A stretch of DNA of 63,803 nt, filler included, from Choristocarpus tenellus KU-1152 (lineage: Eukaryota > Protista > Phaeophyceae), in the NCBI GenBank assembly GCA_964200185.2. It is 15 parts of 15 records of this genome, joined end to end, with 100 filler letters (N's around TTAATTAATTAA, not from the genome) between each part and the next. Parts side by side here need not be neighbours in the genome. Positions count along the whole stretch, not along the records: positions 24,246 to 30,606 come from CAXNAD020008300.1; positions 30,707 to 34,843 come from CAXNAD020016035.1; positions 34,944 to 44,829 come from CAXNAD020003307.1; positions 44,930 to 47,482 come from CAXNAD020026831.1; 11 more parts are not named here. One strand, written 5' to 3'. Below are positions 30,524 to 44,993 of the stretch, in pieces. Under the pieces are notes generated by a model. It was not told where the DNA came from and did no database searches. It saw only the letters and a program-made list of their open reading frames with translations. Position 1 is the stretch's first letter. Each line of letters opens with the position of its first letter. The position numbers and the translations under genes were made by a program.

Positions 30524-32164
30524 GACAGACAATTTCATTCACACAAATGTCAATTCATTCATTTGTTAATATATATATATATGTGATAGAATAGGGTTGG
30601 GGCCAGNNNNNNNNNNNNNNNNNNNNNNNNNNNNNNNNNNNNNNNNNNNNTTAATTAATTAANNNNNNNNNNNNNNNNNNNNNNNNNNNNNNNNNNNNNN
30701 NNNNNNTGAGTGGAGTATCCAGAGAAGGCTATCTGACACCCTACAAACTGTTGTAAAAGGCAACGCCCCCATAGCATCGGTTTAAGGTCGTTGGATTTGA
30801 GTTGTACATCCTGTGGAGGTGAGTTCTGAGGGGCGCCTGTAACACTTAACTGAAAAACACCTGCAAACAGTATGCCATGTAGTAGTAAAGTGCCTTTCCC
30901 GGCAAATTGATAGCTAATCGTTGTCGTTAGATAACCACTATGCTATTCCGCACACGATCAAATGATATTAACGTTCCCAAGTGTACCTTCAGCTTTTTGC
31001 AGCAAACACATAGTGCTCTCAAACCTCACGTGCAAAAATGGTGGCATGTAACTGACTCTTCCCGAAATGTCTTTGATAATGTTAGTTTAGTCGTCAAATT
31101 TGTGAATATTCCAAGGGTAAGTGATCTTTCTTGGGAATGTTGTTACGGTTTTTGGCACACAATTTTTCAACTCTTTGGTATCATTGTATCTCTTGGCAAA
31201 TTATATACTACAGTTAGTATCAACCAACTACAAAATATGTTGGTGCATTTATAGAGGAAATGTTACTGACAATTAGTCGAATTCACAACAAACGTAGACG
31301 TAGAGTACTACTTACTAAATACTATCATCTGCTATCAACAGTCCAATATACTTGATAGTACAATAAAATGATCACTTCCCTACACTTGTTTTCGAAAACA
31401 CCCACAACGAGAACCATATTCAAGAAGCACTTCCGACTTACTGTAATTTTGATTGTTTAAGACCAACCATTCCCATGATAGTTGATTGCTCTTTTTTTGG
31501 CGATTGTTTTCAAAAGTTATATGTAATAGCTAAAGTCCATCGACTACGATTCGACCAAGAATTTGTATTTGCCAAGAATGACTAAATATGCTATTTGGAG
31601 AGTAATTGTATTGACTATAGCTCACACGCCATACTCAAATAACACATATAACACCAATCACTGTTGAAGCCTCTTGATGCCAAGAAAACTATATTCTACT
31701 TTACTTAGAGTATTTGAACCAATCAACCCTGCATTTCCACAACAGCTGCAGTCTTGTGGAATGGCATGAGATCCTCCTGCACTTGCATCCTGATAAGTTG
31801 GAATTTGAGGTGTGAGGACGCCTCGCGGATTGGTACAATCATATTGTTGGGGCATGTATTGATAGGTCAACCATGCAAGCTTATTTTGCCCTAGTAATGG
31901 TTACTCCCACCACGGAGAAATGCCCATCCCCAGTACACATTTCCTACAAAAAGTAGATCTAAATCCAATCTATGTGCAGAAACAGTTGACAATCCAAATA
32001 CAGTGCTTATTAGTTGCACTTTTTTCATAACGGCCTACGAAAAAGCAAGCCCTCAACGTTCTGGTATTGCAGTTAAGTGCCTCTGTTGCCTATCACGCCG
32101 GAATACACTCTAAATACTGCATATTATCAGCAGGGGTATTCAGCCCTAAAGTGTCAGTACATAC

Positions 32165-32378
32165 TAAATCCTACAGGGTAGTTAAGACTCCAAAGCACTT
32201 TCCGCGGAAGATACACTTTCGGGAATGAACTATCTTCTGACAGGCACAAGGCACCTTCTGGGGGGATGCAGGATAACCGGCTTGGCGATATCTGCTCCTG
32301 CCATTCTAGTTCAATAGATATGGTAGAGTTGAGATGCACAACCACATCACTGAACATCACTGGGGAACTCAAATTATA
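32165..32378 (-). CDS. Putative exon of an unknown protein
   Basis: Pyrimidine tract plus cag acceptor, open frame YNLSSPVMFSD...NYPVGF, gtatgt donor. No recognisable domain. Confidence 0.25.
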
Positions 32379-33003
32379 CTGAAGAGGAACACACAGAGAA
32401 CATGAAAAGTGTCACGTGCGTGAGGTTGTTCAATACAGTACAGTGAGGTGGACCCGCGCAAGGAAGGGGACTGAGATAAAGGAATAGGTAGGTTGAGGTC
32501 GGGCCTAGTAAGTTGAAGTTCCTCTCGCTTTGTGTTTGTGTCTACTACGACTATTAGGCTCTATGCAAGCAACTACTTAAAAACACTCTGCAAGTACCAC
32601 ACCAAAGGACGATTCAAACTATACATGAATGTCTTGTACACACTTGCCCCATTTTCCTTACAAAAACCACCTAGATTCTGAGGTGCAACTCTAACGAATT
32701 CTTACTATATTTGGGCAGGGTTTTAGACTGCTGGACACTAGCAGATAATCAGGTCGGGGTTACACCCCAGAAGACCCTGGCCCAGTCCTCTGTTTCATCC
32801 CGAATGAATAGAACATTTCAAGTACTGGACTGGCTCCTAGTCCTTTCTCCCCAAAGTTGTATTTTTCATGTCTCACGTATGAAATTACAATCTTTCAATC
32901 AAAAAATGTGCGCTTAGTTACCGTATCCAATATTCCATCATTTGAAGGATAATATAAACATATATATGTGTATATAAAATGTCCTAATATATATATAGTT
33001 TTC

Positions 33004-33075
33004 ATTGGTTTCCCCCTGACACATTTGCGAAATGTCAGAGGGCATAATAATAAAAAATAATATTAATAATAATAT
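33004..33075 (+). repeat. Short stem-loop + (TAA)n/A-rich tail repeat, copy 3
   Basis: CATTGGTTTCCCCCTGACACATTTGCGAAATGTCAGAGGGCATAATAATAAAAAATAAT. Confidence 0.65.
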
Positions 33076-34191
33076 AAACACAAATAGAAAATGCTACATA
33101 TTACCTTGTCGATATCCAGGATTTTGCACTCAAGCGGCAAAGATAGACAAATCTGCTTGGAGGATGAAATTAACATATTGTGACTTACAATTCACCTGCA
33201 AACCAGTTTTTTTAAGGATAACTTTAGAACGTTTTTTTGAGCAGGGCATCCATTAATCAGGGAAATTCGTGACTTCCACATGTAAAAACGTAGTTGGTGG
33301 ATGAAGCAGTATGGTACTAAAAATATTTCCCTGCTAGTGGCACAACGAAATACAAATATACTTTAATAATTTCTTCCATGGTTGTACCATACCATGCCCT
33401 AAACCCTATCTCAAATGCTGGAGTACTCACCCAGCTCGGTCTGATCGGATTGAGACCTGACCCATCGTTGTGAAAACGTGCCTTAACGGTGCCAACCCAT
33501 GACCCACCCAGTTAAATCGATGAAAAAATCTTGATCTGACCTTGTTCCAGGCCAGCCCGCTCTCTGCCCCTGTCGAAATTCCTAGCCGTTAGGATTGGTC
33601 CTGTTAGAAAACATTTTAACTTACTGGTCCACTCTCCAGTTCTGTCCCAACTACCTGCTTTAGTATATGGCATTGGTTTTGAGCTACTGTAAAATCGAAA
33701 CTGATGCACAAGACCGGGTAACATGCAGAACCGAAGTGCACCTCAAGATAGTTCTGCAAACAATGTTTAGTTAAGACAGCCCCTGCAGGATACAAGTACC
33801 ACAGTTCAATGTTTTGCCAACCAGTGCTATGTATTATAATCAGTAAATGGAGTCTTTACCATTTTTCCAATAATAAAAGGTGACTTCTAACCACAGCTAC
33901 CTCTGGCCAAAATGCTAGAGGAAATGGCAATGACGTATCAATATCCTACATTTCTATCTACGACACTTGGTATGCTGGTGGAGCACACCAAGTCCACACG
34001 ATGGAAGAGGTGAACAGTATGTCAGTATGCAGAGTGCAGAGTAGGCGACCAACGACAAATAGGCTGGCAGTGTGTAAAGAGTACCATGCAGAGCAGATGG
34101 ATGTTGAGGCTTCTTAGCCTTACAATACCTTGTAGGTTGGCACACTACAGAGCATCACTCTTTTGGACGTGCCTCCCATGCTTACCCCACT

Positions 34192-34449
34192 GAGTCAAAG
34201 TAAGCGAGAGGTACCCAGGGTTACACTCTAAGGGCGTCGACAAATATGTATAAAATTCGCATTTTGTACGAATGCATGAAGGGAATTTTCAAAATTCTAT
34301 CAAAAACATTCAAACAGCAGAGAAATCAACGCCGTCAAATCGATTTTAGTTCTTCATCCATAGAAATATGTGTGAACTGGAGAAGATTAAAAAGGTGACA
34401 TAAAATGCAAAACGGCCAAAACCTGGGTACCTCTCGTTTATTTTGTCTC
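34192..34449. mobile_element. MITE family C, complete, TSD ACT
   Basis: ACT|GAGTCAAAGTAAGCGAGAGGTACCCAGG...CCTGGGTACCTCTCGTTTATTTTGTCTC|ACT, a ~28-bp imperfect TIR. Confidence 0.85.
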
Positions 34450-37400
34450 ACTTTTAAAATGAAAGTTCAGAATTCCGTCAAAATTTCACCCAACGTTTTT
34501 CGGTCAATCTTGTTCTACTATTCTGTCTGCATCCTCCCGACCCCCAACAACATTGGATGAGTAATATATATGTGCAAGCACTTTGACGAACCCATCGCTT
34601 GTCACGTGTTAGCAACAAGAACAACCAAGACAAAGAGCCAAAGTATCTTAGAGGGTAGAGCCGCGTCCATTTGGGGTTCAAAATACAATGCTGTGATTTT
34701 GATGAAATTTTGGCTATCGTGTTTGTTAGGAAGTGTCAATATCTATGTTTCGGAGACACCTTTTCGTAATGTATACATTTTACCTACTCCGAAAATTTTT
34801 GGGGTCGAAAAATGTCACGAAAAACCCCATTGGAAGCCAAGCCNNNNNNNNNNNNNNNNNNNNNNNNNNNNNNNNNNNNNNNNNNNNTTAATTAATTAAN
34901 NNNNNNNNNNNNNNNNNNNNNNNNNNNNNNNNNNNNNNNNNNNTTTGGTTGCATACGTCGGATGGATAATGTAAATGCACTTTTGCTGATTTTGACCCAG
35001 ATGGACACCCTGGTGTAGGCCCCCCCCCCCCCACACACACACAGATACTTTGGGTCAATGCCAGTAAATTTTGACCCTTCTTTCTTCCGAGGCTTCTCTC
35101 TGCAATGCTTCAAGCAAAAAAGTACTGGTTGTCCTTCACATATACTGTATACCATCTCCTCTTCTATGTTTTAATGACACAACATTATAGATCAAATGTA
35201 GATCAATATCTTGAGTATATATTATATTTTGGACGACAAAGGATCACCATAGATACAATTATACCAAACACACATTGTGGTTCTTTGAAGTAGCCAGTGT
35301 CTAGGAGAAAACGTCCTGGCTACTTATTGGATGATAACTAACAATAGAAGAAAAGGAGATAAACGTTTGACAATGCTGATATACAGGACAGTTTACACCC
35401 AGAAGACCCACGAATTGAAATTTTGAAGCTCGTGCAAGCCCCTTCCTCATCTGGCTTCCCAACCACAAGTTTCCTTTCTGCTACTAAGGATTGCTACAGC
35501 ACACTCTGTTGAGATACAAACCGCAACACATCGCTACGGAATGTAATTACCTTCTGCAGGCTGTTCAAATCAGGCATGCCCTATCATGACAATGTAGCAA
35601 CCTTTTCTCCTCCTGCACAACAATCTTGGCATGCTACACTTGTATTGGTTCTAATTCATTGCTATTATGGACTCTCTCCCATGTACACCCTTTCCAGGGC
35701 AAATGTGCAACACCAATCTACCACATTTAACCATGCCACTAATAACTCGCTGCGTGGCTGTGTATGCACCCTCCTCACTCATGCACAAAGGCAGCCAGAA
35801 GTACCATTTTTTTGCCATGGTCATTGGAATACATCGAGAATTAGCGCAACGCTTCGCCGTAAGGTCCTACAACTATGGTGTCCTTATTCACTTCCAGGCA
35901 ACAAAGAAAAAGCATATCATCAAGGGAATGTTATTTCCTCCCAAGAAACATACCTCATGCAGCAGTAACAACTCAAGAGTGTGGGAAACACAGGAACCAT
36001 CACAGAGAAAAATATGAAGCATGTATAGGTGAGGCATTAATGCAGCCAAAAGTGACAAGAAAATAGCGAGATACATGGGGTATTCACAGTATACCCTGAC
36101 CTTTGGTAGTGTTTTGGGGGCCTGCTTGTGTGCAGTTTATGAAAAAGCAAATGTCTTAGTTTAATTGTCATGGTGTGCATGGGGGAAAACTATATCAGCT
36201 CAGAGAAGTAGCATACAGATTATGCCTTAACAAAAATGGTTTGAAAATCCTGGAGAAATGTGCTATGCATTAGTGGTGTAATCACACTTATTCCTTGAAG
36301 TGTAAGTAGAGAGTGTTGACAAGAAGGGGAAATGGACATTTGGGAGTTGATGGTTTGAAACACAATACTTCATGTGGCTAGTAGCACCACTAGACTTTCA
36401 CACTTATTCTTCAAAGAGAGACCAATATGCTTTGCTATAATAATACCATCGTTGAGCTCTAGTAACCAAACTTATGCTTCCACCAATAATTGTGACAATA
36501 TCATTTGATACATGCATACTACTGCCAAGTGCCTTGATGTAGAGGATGCAGAGCTCTACCACAGAGTGGAAAATAACGAAGACTTGCCACTACCTTCAAC
36601 CCTCCCCATTCCGGAGAACGTTGCATCCCTACCCATGAGGTCAAAGGGAAAAAAAACTATCAACAACTACCAAGGGATCTTGTGGCCTTGCCACTATCAC
36701 ACATACATATCGATACCTGTTTTTAATTGGCTGGGAGTATTATTGATGCTCTGTCTCCAGGTGTTTCTGAACTTCTTGTTGGGGTCTTGTTTGTGAACGC
36801 CGTGTTGATCTGAGTGGGGCAGGCACTGTGGTGAACCCAAGCCTTCAGAGTAGCTTCATGGTAGAACCAATGCTAGCGGGTTTTCACCATCATATTCGTT
36901 TCACCATTCAAAAAGGCCAGCTCTGCGTGGTGATACACAGTTCAACTTCTGGAGATGTAACGCAGTCTTGTGGGGGTCACCAACCCCACCTTGGGCATTG
37001 GCTGCATGCTTTCCACGTGTTGAGAGGAGCTATGGGCAGCATCTCTTAGTGCAGATCTTTCTCGTCTTTGGAATAATAATTGTACACTCGATTGTATGTC
37101 ACCTGCACAAAGACTGAAAAGAAATTGCCATCAGTCCTAACCCACATATCATACTTCAAAGTATTTGTGAAATTTTTTACTGAAGTGTTGTGGGGGGGGG
37201 GGGGGGGTTTTTTTTATTTGAAATTTCGGAAATTTTCTGAAGATACTGTTTTTTTAAAAACCTTTCTNNNNNNNNNNAACACACATTTTTTAGTTCAAGT
37301 TTTTTTTGAAATTTTTATCTAATGTTTTGGGGGGGGGGGGGGGGAGTTGTCTTATCAGGAACTAGGACAATTTGAGCAAAAATGTGTATTGCAAAGAACT

Positions 37401-38413
37401 GTACTGTGAAGTGAAGTAGTGGTCTCACCTTGAGGTGCCCTTGTGCGCCAAATTTGACATGCAATAGTCTGCCTGCCATGCCCTGTTGCGATACTGTTGA
37501 TCCACGACACCACACCCAGGACAATGCAATAGTCAATACTATCAATACCCTAGAAATTTTGGTCATCTTCAGCCCATATTATACTCTACCCAAGACAACA
37601 CCAGGGCCTGCTTGCTCTGTGTCATCTGATATCAGGACAACATCGAGGCGCCATCGCCCTTCTAGTATACAATTCCCTATACATGTAACACCTGAGTTCA
37701 TTGCTCTACAAAGTCTGTTGACTACTACTAGGCTCACGTTTAATGTTTGTTGTCAGGGCAATGATTGTCACCACTGGGTCCGCAACACCCGCTGTCCAGC
37801 ACAGCCGTGGATCAATACCATTCGCTCGATTATCACAATTTCAAACATTAGTTTAATCTTCTCAAACAGGCCATGGAGAGGAGAAAGCAACAAAGGGGAG
37901 GAAAGTGGCATAAGATAAAAGAACAAAAACAAAAGGAAAAAGATAGACCCCCTGCCTGAGACAGTACGCACTCTTAATGTCGTTGTGGGTTGAACAATGG
38001 TTCGTGACTATTTTGATCTGTAGCATGCATTTTATTGCACATACGGTTGAATCGGCACAACACTCAGAACCATGCCCTCTACTAATACACATTTGTTGTC
38101 CAGAGGATGGTTCGTTGTGTGTATAAGGTCAAAAAGGTTGAAGAGTGTTATACGAGAGTTAATGTTGTCCTGGGCGTACACTTTGAAGTAGTGTAGTCGC
38201 AATACTAGGGCCTGATGGACTTCAACTACCTCGAAAATAGCACGCTGTATTACTTGCGAAAAATGCACAATATTTCCTAAATGAGTCCACATGTTGGTGC
38301 TTTGTATTATTTACTTAGGAACGAAGTTATGCCCCTGGAATGTGGCATATGTGCAGTTATTGACACGAAGAACAAAAAAGACAAAATAATCATTCATCAG
38401 TCAAAGGGACCTT

Positions 38414-39845
38414 TCAAGTATCCGTCTGCAACACAGGTCTCGAAGCGTAAGCACTCAAAAACTTCATTTTTGCCTTGTGCAGTAATGTGCAGACATCTTC
38501 CAGTCCACTCTCTTCGGCCTTCCTCTGTAACTCAAGAAAAAGCGGTGCCACTTCAACATAAGGAGGCAGAGGAAGACCCGTCCCTTCACCCATATCGCCA
38601 TCCTGAATCTCAGTCTCATCCTCTGACATCTCAACCCTTGCCTCATCAACTTCACTCGTAGTGTTTGCAACACAAACTGCATCCTCCACTATCTCATCCC
38701 TGTCGTCCTGTACCAAAGCTAAGTTGGCTGTTTTCCTTATTTCTCCAGGGGCAAGGTAAGTTCTGCGTGGCATCACTTTGTAGAGTATCCCTGTCTCATC
38801 AGTATTGTTGATGTCACAAAGGGGGTACTTCTTGAAAGTATCGAGAGATTTCCGCAAGCTCTGTGCTATGGTCTCCTTATCAAGGCCGCCAGCTTCCCCA
38901 TTCAGTGACACACTGATCATGCCATGGCGTTGAAGGAAATTTTTAGCCCATTTTTCCCCACCATCAAAACTCTCCAAACCCTTCGTGTCCGCGCCAGGCG
39001 GCTTCTTGCCAAGAAGTTGTGCTTTCGCCTTACGGCCAAATGATCTTATGGTTTCTCGAGATACTGGCAGACCAGCCCTCCTGGCCTCCTCCACAAAGCC
39101 CAATACCATACTATCCACCTGCTCCAGAGAGATGCATGAAAGCAGTCTGCCATTTTGTACATCTAAATATATGTAGTATTGGCGGTTAGACAGTTACACA
39201 ACACAAACAGCGCAGACTGCAGTACCGAATACATGATGACGGGTATAAAAAACTTACCTCTGGAAACTGAGGTTTCCTAACTGCCTTCTCATCCCCCTTT
39301 CCACCAGCAAGAAGCTGCATTTCAAGCTCCTTCTTGTTAGCCAAAATTCGCGCGACGGTCCTCACCCCAACACCGTATCGCTCCGCTACTTTAGCTTTAT
39401 CCATATCTTTTCCACCTAGCAGGTCCAGCACTTCGCCTTTCTGGATCAAAGTTAACCTTGTCCGTTTTTCAGCACCACCTGGAGTAGCTTTTTGTTTCCC
39501 CTTGCGTTTTGCCCCGTTCGACAAGACATCATCGCTGATCGTATTGGCAGCACTAGCCCCCAAATTCGAACCCCCCTTTTTACCGACAATATCGCTTCGA
39601 GTTGATAGAGATGAACTCGCTGATACATGGGTGGGCCCATCATCATTGATGCGCTCATCACTCACCCCCTCCTCTGGAGTGTGACATTTGAAGCACACCC
39701 TGTTCGTCTCACCGTTCCTATCCCGAACCATTATGCCGCATATCCCATGAAGGTAGCAGCCACACCGGCATTTATCCGGAGTAAAGTGCGGTGGACCTGG
39801 CGTGAGATTAGGAATGAGGCAGTGGTCTTTCGCTCCACACGGCAT
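38414..39845 (-). CDS. Pogo/Tigger (CENP-B-like) transposase-derived protein, 430 aa, two exons, DDE core deleted
   Basis: Exon 39845-39258 (donor gtaagt) and exon 39118-38414 (acceptor cag) join in phase 0. HTH RLTLIQKGEVL...VAERYGVGVRTVARIL; CENP-B HTH GLPVSRETIR...WAKNFLQRHG; GEAG; NTDETGILYKVMPRRT; then directly an acidic tail. Confidence 0.85.
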
Positions 39846-42800
39846 GGGTCCAGCGTGAGTAACAAACCACCCTCTTCAATACCAATATGGTTCTCACTAC
39901 CCTTGGAAGGGCGTGTCTGTCTTTTGAATTATTTTGTACATATTTTGTATCCAAAATCAAGACACACACTACTACCTACCACAACTAACGGTTACTCAAT
40001 GTTATTCGGTATATTAAAAGCAACAGTTTTCGAGGTGGCAAGGAGTCAGACGAAGTGAGGAGAAGCGGAAGCGATAGAAAATATGGAGACATAAATCACC
40101 AACCACCCCACCCTTTATTGTAGTTCAAATAGAGGTAAGCGTGGGTGCACAGAAAATCGTAGCCAATTCAACAGACAAAATAGTAACAAGGACGCTGTGG
40201 AGAAACCGTTTTACATTGAATACCTGCGGTAGTTAGAGTAGTTGTGGGGTAGTTAGCTGAGATAGCTGGCCCATAATTCTATTCCCGTGAACGTATAGAT
40301 TGGTCCCCAAAGAATATGTCAGGGGTGACTTGTCATTGTAGTTCATTTGGAGACCCTGTACTTCCATTCCACTTGTCCATTCTGCATACTTTTCGAAAGA
40401 AGTAGCAGAGCACATATTCGAGCACCAGCTAAACACCTCTTCGTCAAGAAAACACATCGTGAGTAAGCAATTCAGAGCACTACACCTCCCTGATTCAACT
40501 TATCATCATTTTCCTTCTTCTGCAGATCGAATGAACACACATCATCCCAAGTAGTACCTCAGTATCTTATCCCCTAGTGCTGACTCCAATTGATTGCTGC
40601 TTGTTATGTACCAACTTTCTTTCCGGATGTCTACTTGTCCGAACCTTCAACATCACAACCACCAGACCAGATCATTCCTTAGAGTTGGGTTGCAACAAAT
40701 CAGCTGAGCAAGGACATAAAGAAGTGACACTATTGTTTGGGAAGCGGGCACCGCCACAAGAAAGGTAAGTAAAGAGGCCAAAAAGGAATATTTGGCACAT
40801 TCTCTGCCTACTTCCTGTCATTTTGAATTTGGAATTTGGAGGGAGTACATGCAGGCAACACAACAAAGGCCAGAAGAGATGCAAATGAGGGACCAAAATA
40901 TCAGTAGCAACAGCATTAGCAGTAGTAGTGTTGACCACAGGAGAGTGCTGAAAGGGGCATAGAAAGGTTTGATGCCAACAATAAGATGAAATCAAACAGG
41001 AGAATGTTGACCGGGTTGAGGGGGGAGGGTGACTTGACCTTCACACAAAAATACACAATACTCTCTGGTGTAATAATAGCACAACAAATTTGAACATACA
41101 GTAGTATTTGTATTCATATTTCATTAACTGTTATCTATGGCAGTGGTGCCAATTCATGTATGAAAGCCTGAAATGGACCCATCATGTCAGGTGTAAATGA
41201 AATATATATACATGCAGTAGTGGAACCACGTACTCCATCTATATAAAACATCCATCAACTTAATATGATACTACGTAGACATTTATGTACACCAACTACA
41301 TTCATAAGCATTCACATGTAGAAGTATGAATACGCACAAAGTCAACAGTAGTAGACCCTGTGAGCAAGCCTCAACTGAGTGCAGCACACTTCCAAGTTGC
41401 ATCGCAGATATGTGTATGATGAAAATCTAAAATCCCTTTCCATACACCTCATCAAGGATGGCATCAAAGGGGTAAGATTTACACCGTCAACTATTGATAG
41501 CTTTGTGCACCAAATGAAATCACACTGACTCCACCACAGAAAGGATGGGATAGTAAAAAAAAGGTGTCAGGCGAGAAGCCGACACAACCTCAATTAGTTC
41601 ATCCAATGCATCTGACGCTAACTGGTAGCTATGGACCTTTGTGCCGCAAGGCACATCCCCTACCACAGGTCCAAGTGGGAGGCGTGTCCCATTGCTTGTA
41701 CATCATGTAGTTGGCAGTGGGTAGAGCATGGCGAAGCAAGGTTTGTGTTCCATGCATATCTATTCATGGTCAAAGGAGTGTCAACGTAGAGCCTTGGAAA
41801 TGAAAGATAAACTATGAGACGGTAGACCCGACAGAATTGGGTACATCATCTCTAATGGGTCACAAAACCAGACACCAACACAAAACCAGTCAACTAGGTA
41901 GGGAGGAGGGAGTGAAGGTTGAAGTTCAAGGATTGTTGTTTTGGATTATAACCTGAGGCCGTCCCTCTTGGGAACAACTACAGAGCAGGTTTCATGCAGT
42001 TCCTCTGACTGGTGAAGCACGAGCAATTTATGACCACCATCATTGCAAAGGGGGAATCGGATACGAGGAGGAGAGGAATGCGCAAACATGTAACAAAGGA
42101 ACCAGGGGCATTAGCCCAAACTCACACAACTAGGCACAACAGCCCCTAACTCCTACTGTACTCAATGACAACAAACGTGAGTGGAAGGTGGAGAAGGGTG
42201 TGGAAGAACCAAGTCCACAATCTCAAACTACAACTATACAGTCATCTTATCGGCATGCCAGGATACCAACTAATCAAACTGCAAGGTAACCCCTCGAAAG
42301 CTATAAAGTCACCTGCAGGCTCGTGCCCAACACTTTTGTTCAAAGCTCCTCATAACATCAGGTGACTAGGGCTCCAAATAAAGAGTCACAGCTATGTAGT
42401 CACTATTGGACAAATCCCCCTCACATGTAGGATCCTACAAATCTAGCTGACCCACAAAATTATGCAAACAATCCCACTTCCTTAGAAATATGAACTGGAG
42501 ATATTGGGTCTCATCAACCAGTAATCCAGAGTACGCCCAGGCCCTCAGTACCTCTTGGAAGACCTAAGGTTGTCTCTTTACGACAGCACAAAGGAAGAAA
42601 GTCGTTCTACAAACACAAGTCATAATCCAGCCTTGCACCCAGCATCTCATGTACGATGTCAACGTCCTCGTTCTCAAGAACAACATAAAGGGTCGAATGA
42701 CCTCCAGACACTGACCCTTTGTAGCCGCTCTAGTCCTCAGTAGCTCCTAAACTGTGTCCAAGTGCCCGAAATTAGCAGTAGTATTTACCCGAGCAACAGC

Positions 42801-43583
42801 AGCTCTTGCGTCACCTCCAGACAACCAATTTGAATAGTATAAGTAAGAGTACTAAAGTCATCAGTCTATGTCACTTTATAGGCTGCTCTGGATCCCAACA
42901 GCTCCCGCAATATCACATTTGCATTTATTAGTACGAAGAAAAAGGTAGTCACTCCAATTTGTGTCCTGACTGACAGCAGGTCTCCAACGGCACCAGGTCG
43001 CCCCCCTCGACACCAAGATGAAGGAGGTTGATTACGTTCTACATCTATACTTATTGATTTTCCCCAATCCCACAAGCTCTCGCAATACGTCCTAATACCC
43101 ATCTCGACCAGCACGATGATTGGGATGGTATTCCCATGTCTGTCTGTGTTCTAACGTCTACCCCTTCCCCCTACCATTCTCTCGTCACCTCCAAGTGGAA
43201 GCGGGTAAAGGCTATAGAAAGGGGTGAAATACTGTTACCTGTCCGAATTTCAGAACTTTCCCTAGCTCCAGTAGATCTCGTACAACCTCGACGTGCCGAC
43301 GCCCTTCTCTAACAGGATTACATCAAATAAAAAGGTTGTTCTCCAGTACGTCAACGTCCGTTTTAGGTGCCAGCAGGTCTTGGTCAGAACCACCCCCAGT
43401 TACCCTTCCAAGACAATAGCATGAAAGGGACATAAGTCTATCTATTGTGCACCTGATCTGTTGTGTATGTATGTTATTTTGGTCTTAACGAAGAAGTTAT
43501 GGTGGACGGACGGAGGATGAGTTACCATATTCAAATTAGTTGAGGCAACTACAATCACACCTCTACCACACAGCAGGCGCAAG

Positions 43584-44373
43584 ATGTCCTCAGCGACGAG
43601 CAGACTGGGGATAAGGGGGGCACCACGAGGATTATGCATCACAACCCACCTCTTCGGCCCAACTCGCGGTCCTACTTCAGCATGCGCTCGTCAAGGAGGT
43701 CAGAGGCCAAGCAGTACAGCTGGGTTGTACAGTCCCACCAAATGCTTGTCACGGAAACGCTTGTTCACGTCAAACTTTTCAGATCATCCCAGAAGGCCAG
43801 TGGTGCGGATGTCGCGAAGGAAGCGATCGGAGATCGGTGGGCAGTTCCCTGTGACGCCTGGGGTGGTGAGCCCTCGAAGATCAGTGCCTGACCACATCCC
43901 CAAGACGCCATACTATGCCACAGGCATTGTCCCTCCCCAGGAGAAAGCGGTGAGGAAGTACGGGCAATAGACAATATGATTACGGGAGTTGGGTCCTAGC
44001 ATTGCAGGGAGGAAATGAATCCTAATGGTAGAGGTTGGGTTGATGTGGTGTTGGATCAACTTCACGTCCAATTTTGGGTCTATATCGGCAGTCACATGCT
44101 TTGCAGTTTATCGTGCGCATCATGGACTGCGGAGTACGGCGTTCCAACGACAGGACCCACCCACCTCACATTACCTCACAGCTTTACCTTCACACTGAGG
44201 ACTCTCTGGGCCCAATGCGAGAGGCTTGTGTACTTGCGCGTCTCATGCTGGACCTCTGCTGCTCCCTGGCAAAGCCTGGCGTGACCACCGACGCTATTGA
44301 TGCCGAAGTCCATTCAGCAATTGTGGAGGCGGGGGCATGCCCATCACCCCTAAACTACCATGGTTTTCCCAAG
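43584..44373 (+). CDS. METAP1D: Methionine aminopeptidase type 1, organelle-targeted (MetAP1D-like), first two exons
   Basis: Exons 43584-43949 and 44182-44373. Arg/Ser-rich transit-like N-terminus; VSPRRSVPDHIPKTPY; MREACVLAR; KPGVTTDAIDAEVH; PSPLNYHGFPK. Confidence 0.88.
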
Positions 44374-44993
44374 GTAAGGGCAATACTTCGCTCTGTGCGG
44401 TAGCAACCAATGTCTCCCACCTTTGTCTTTGCTTCGTGATTCCAGTTGTAGGGAACTGACAGTAGGTCAAAAACTAGATATATTTAATCTTTTGAGTACC
44501 CACTGACAATGTCATTTGTCGACGATCAATGTTACAGCACACCCCTCTCTCCAATTTTTCCCCTGCTGTCTTTGCCTCTCTAGCCTACTGCATCCCCCCA
44601 CACCCAACCCAGCCTCAAGTCTCTCCCCCACGGTTTGTTCTAGGGGGTGTGTCCGTACCACAAAGTTGAGGTCTCGTGCATCGGAGAAATTTGTGTTGCA
44701 TGCTTTGTGTTCCAAATATGTTACAGGTATATCCACCCCAATCTTCATTGACGCATGGAGAGGAGAGGAGAAACTTCCCCCCCCCCCTACTGCATAGTGG
44801 TAATGCCATCCTCCTGCACTACCGTCACCNNNNNNNNNNNNNNNNNNNNNNNNNNNNNNNNNNNNNNNNNNNNTTAATTAATTAANNNNNNNNNNNNNNN
44901 NNNNNNNNNNNNNNNNNNNNNNNNNNNNNCCCTCTCACCAACAGCAACATCCCTCTCCCCCCCCCCCCCCCCCCCCCCCAATAAAAAACTCAC

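Noticed and set aside
41500-43400. Possible decayed non-LTR retroelement
   Set aside because: No RT or endonuclease motif could be read with confidence; needs BLASTX.
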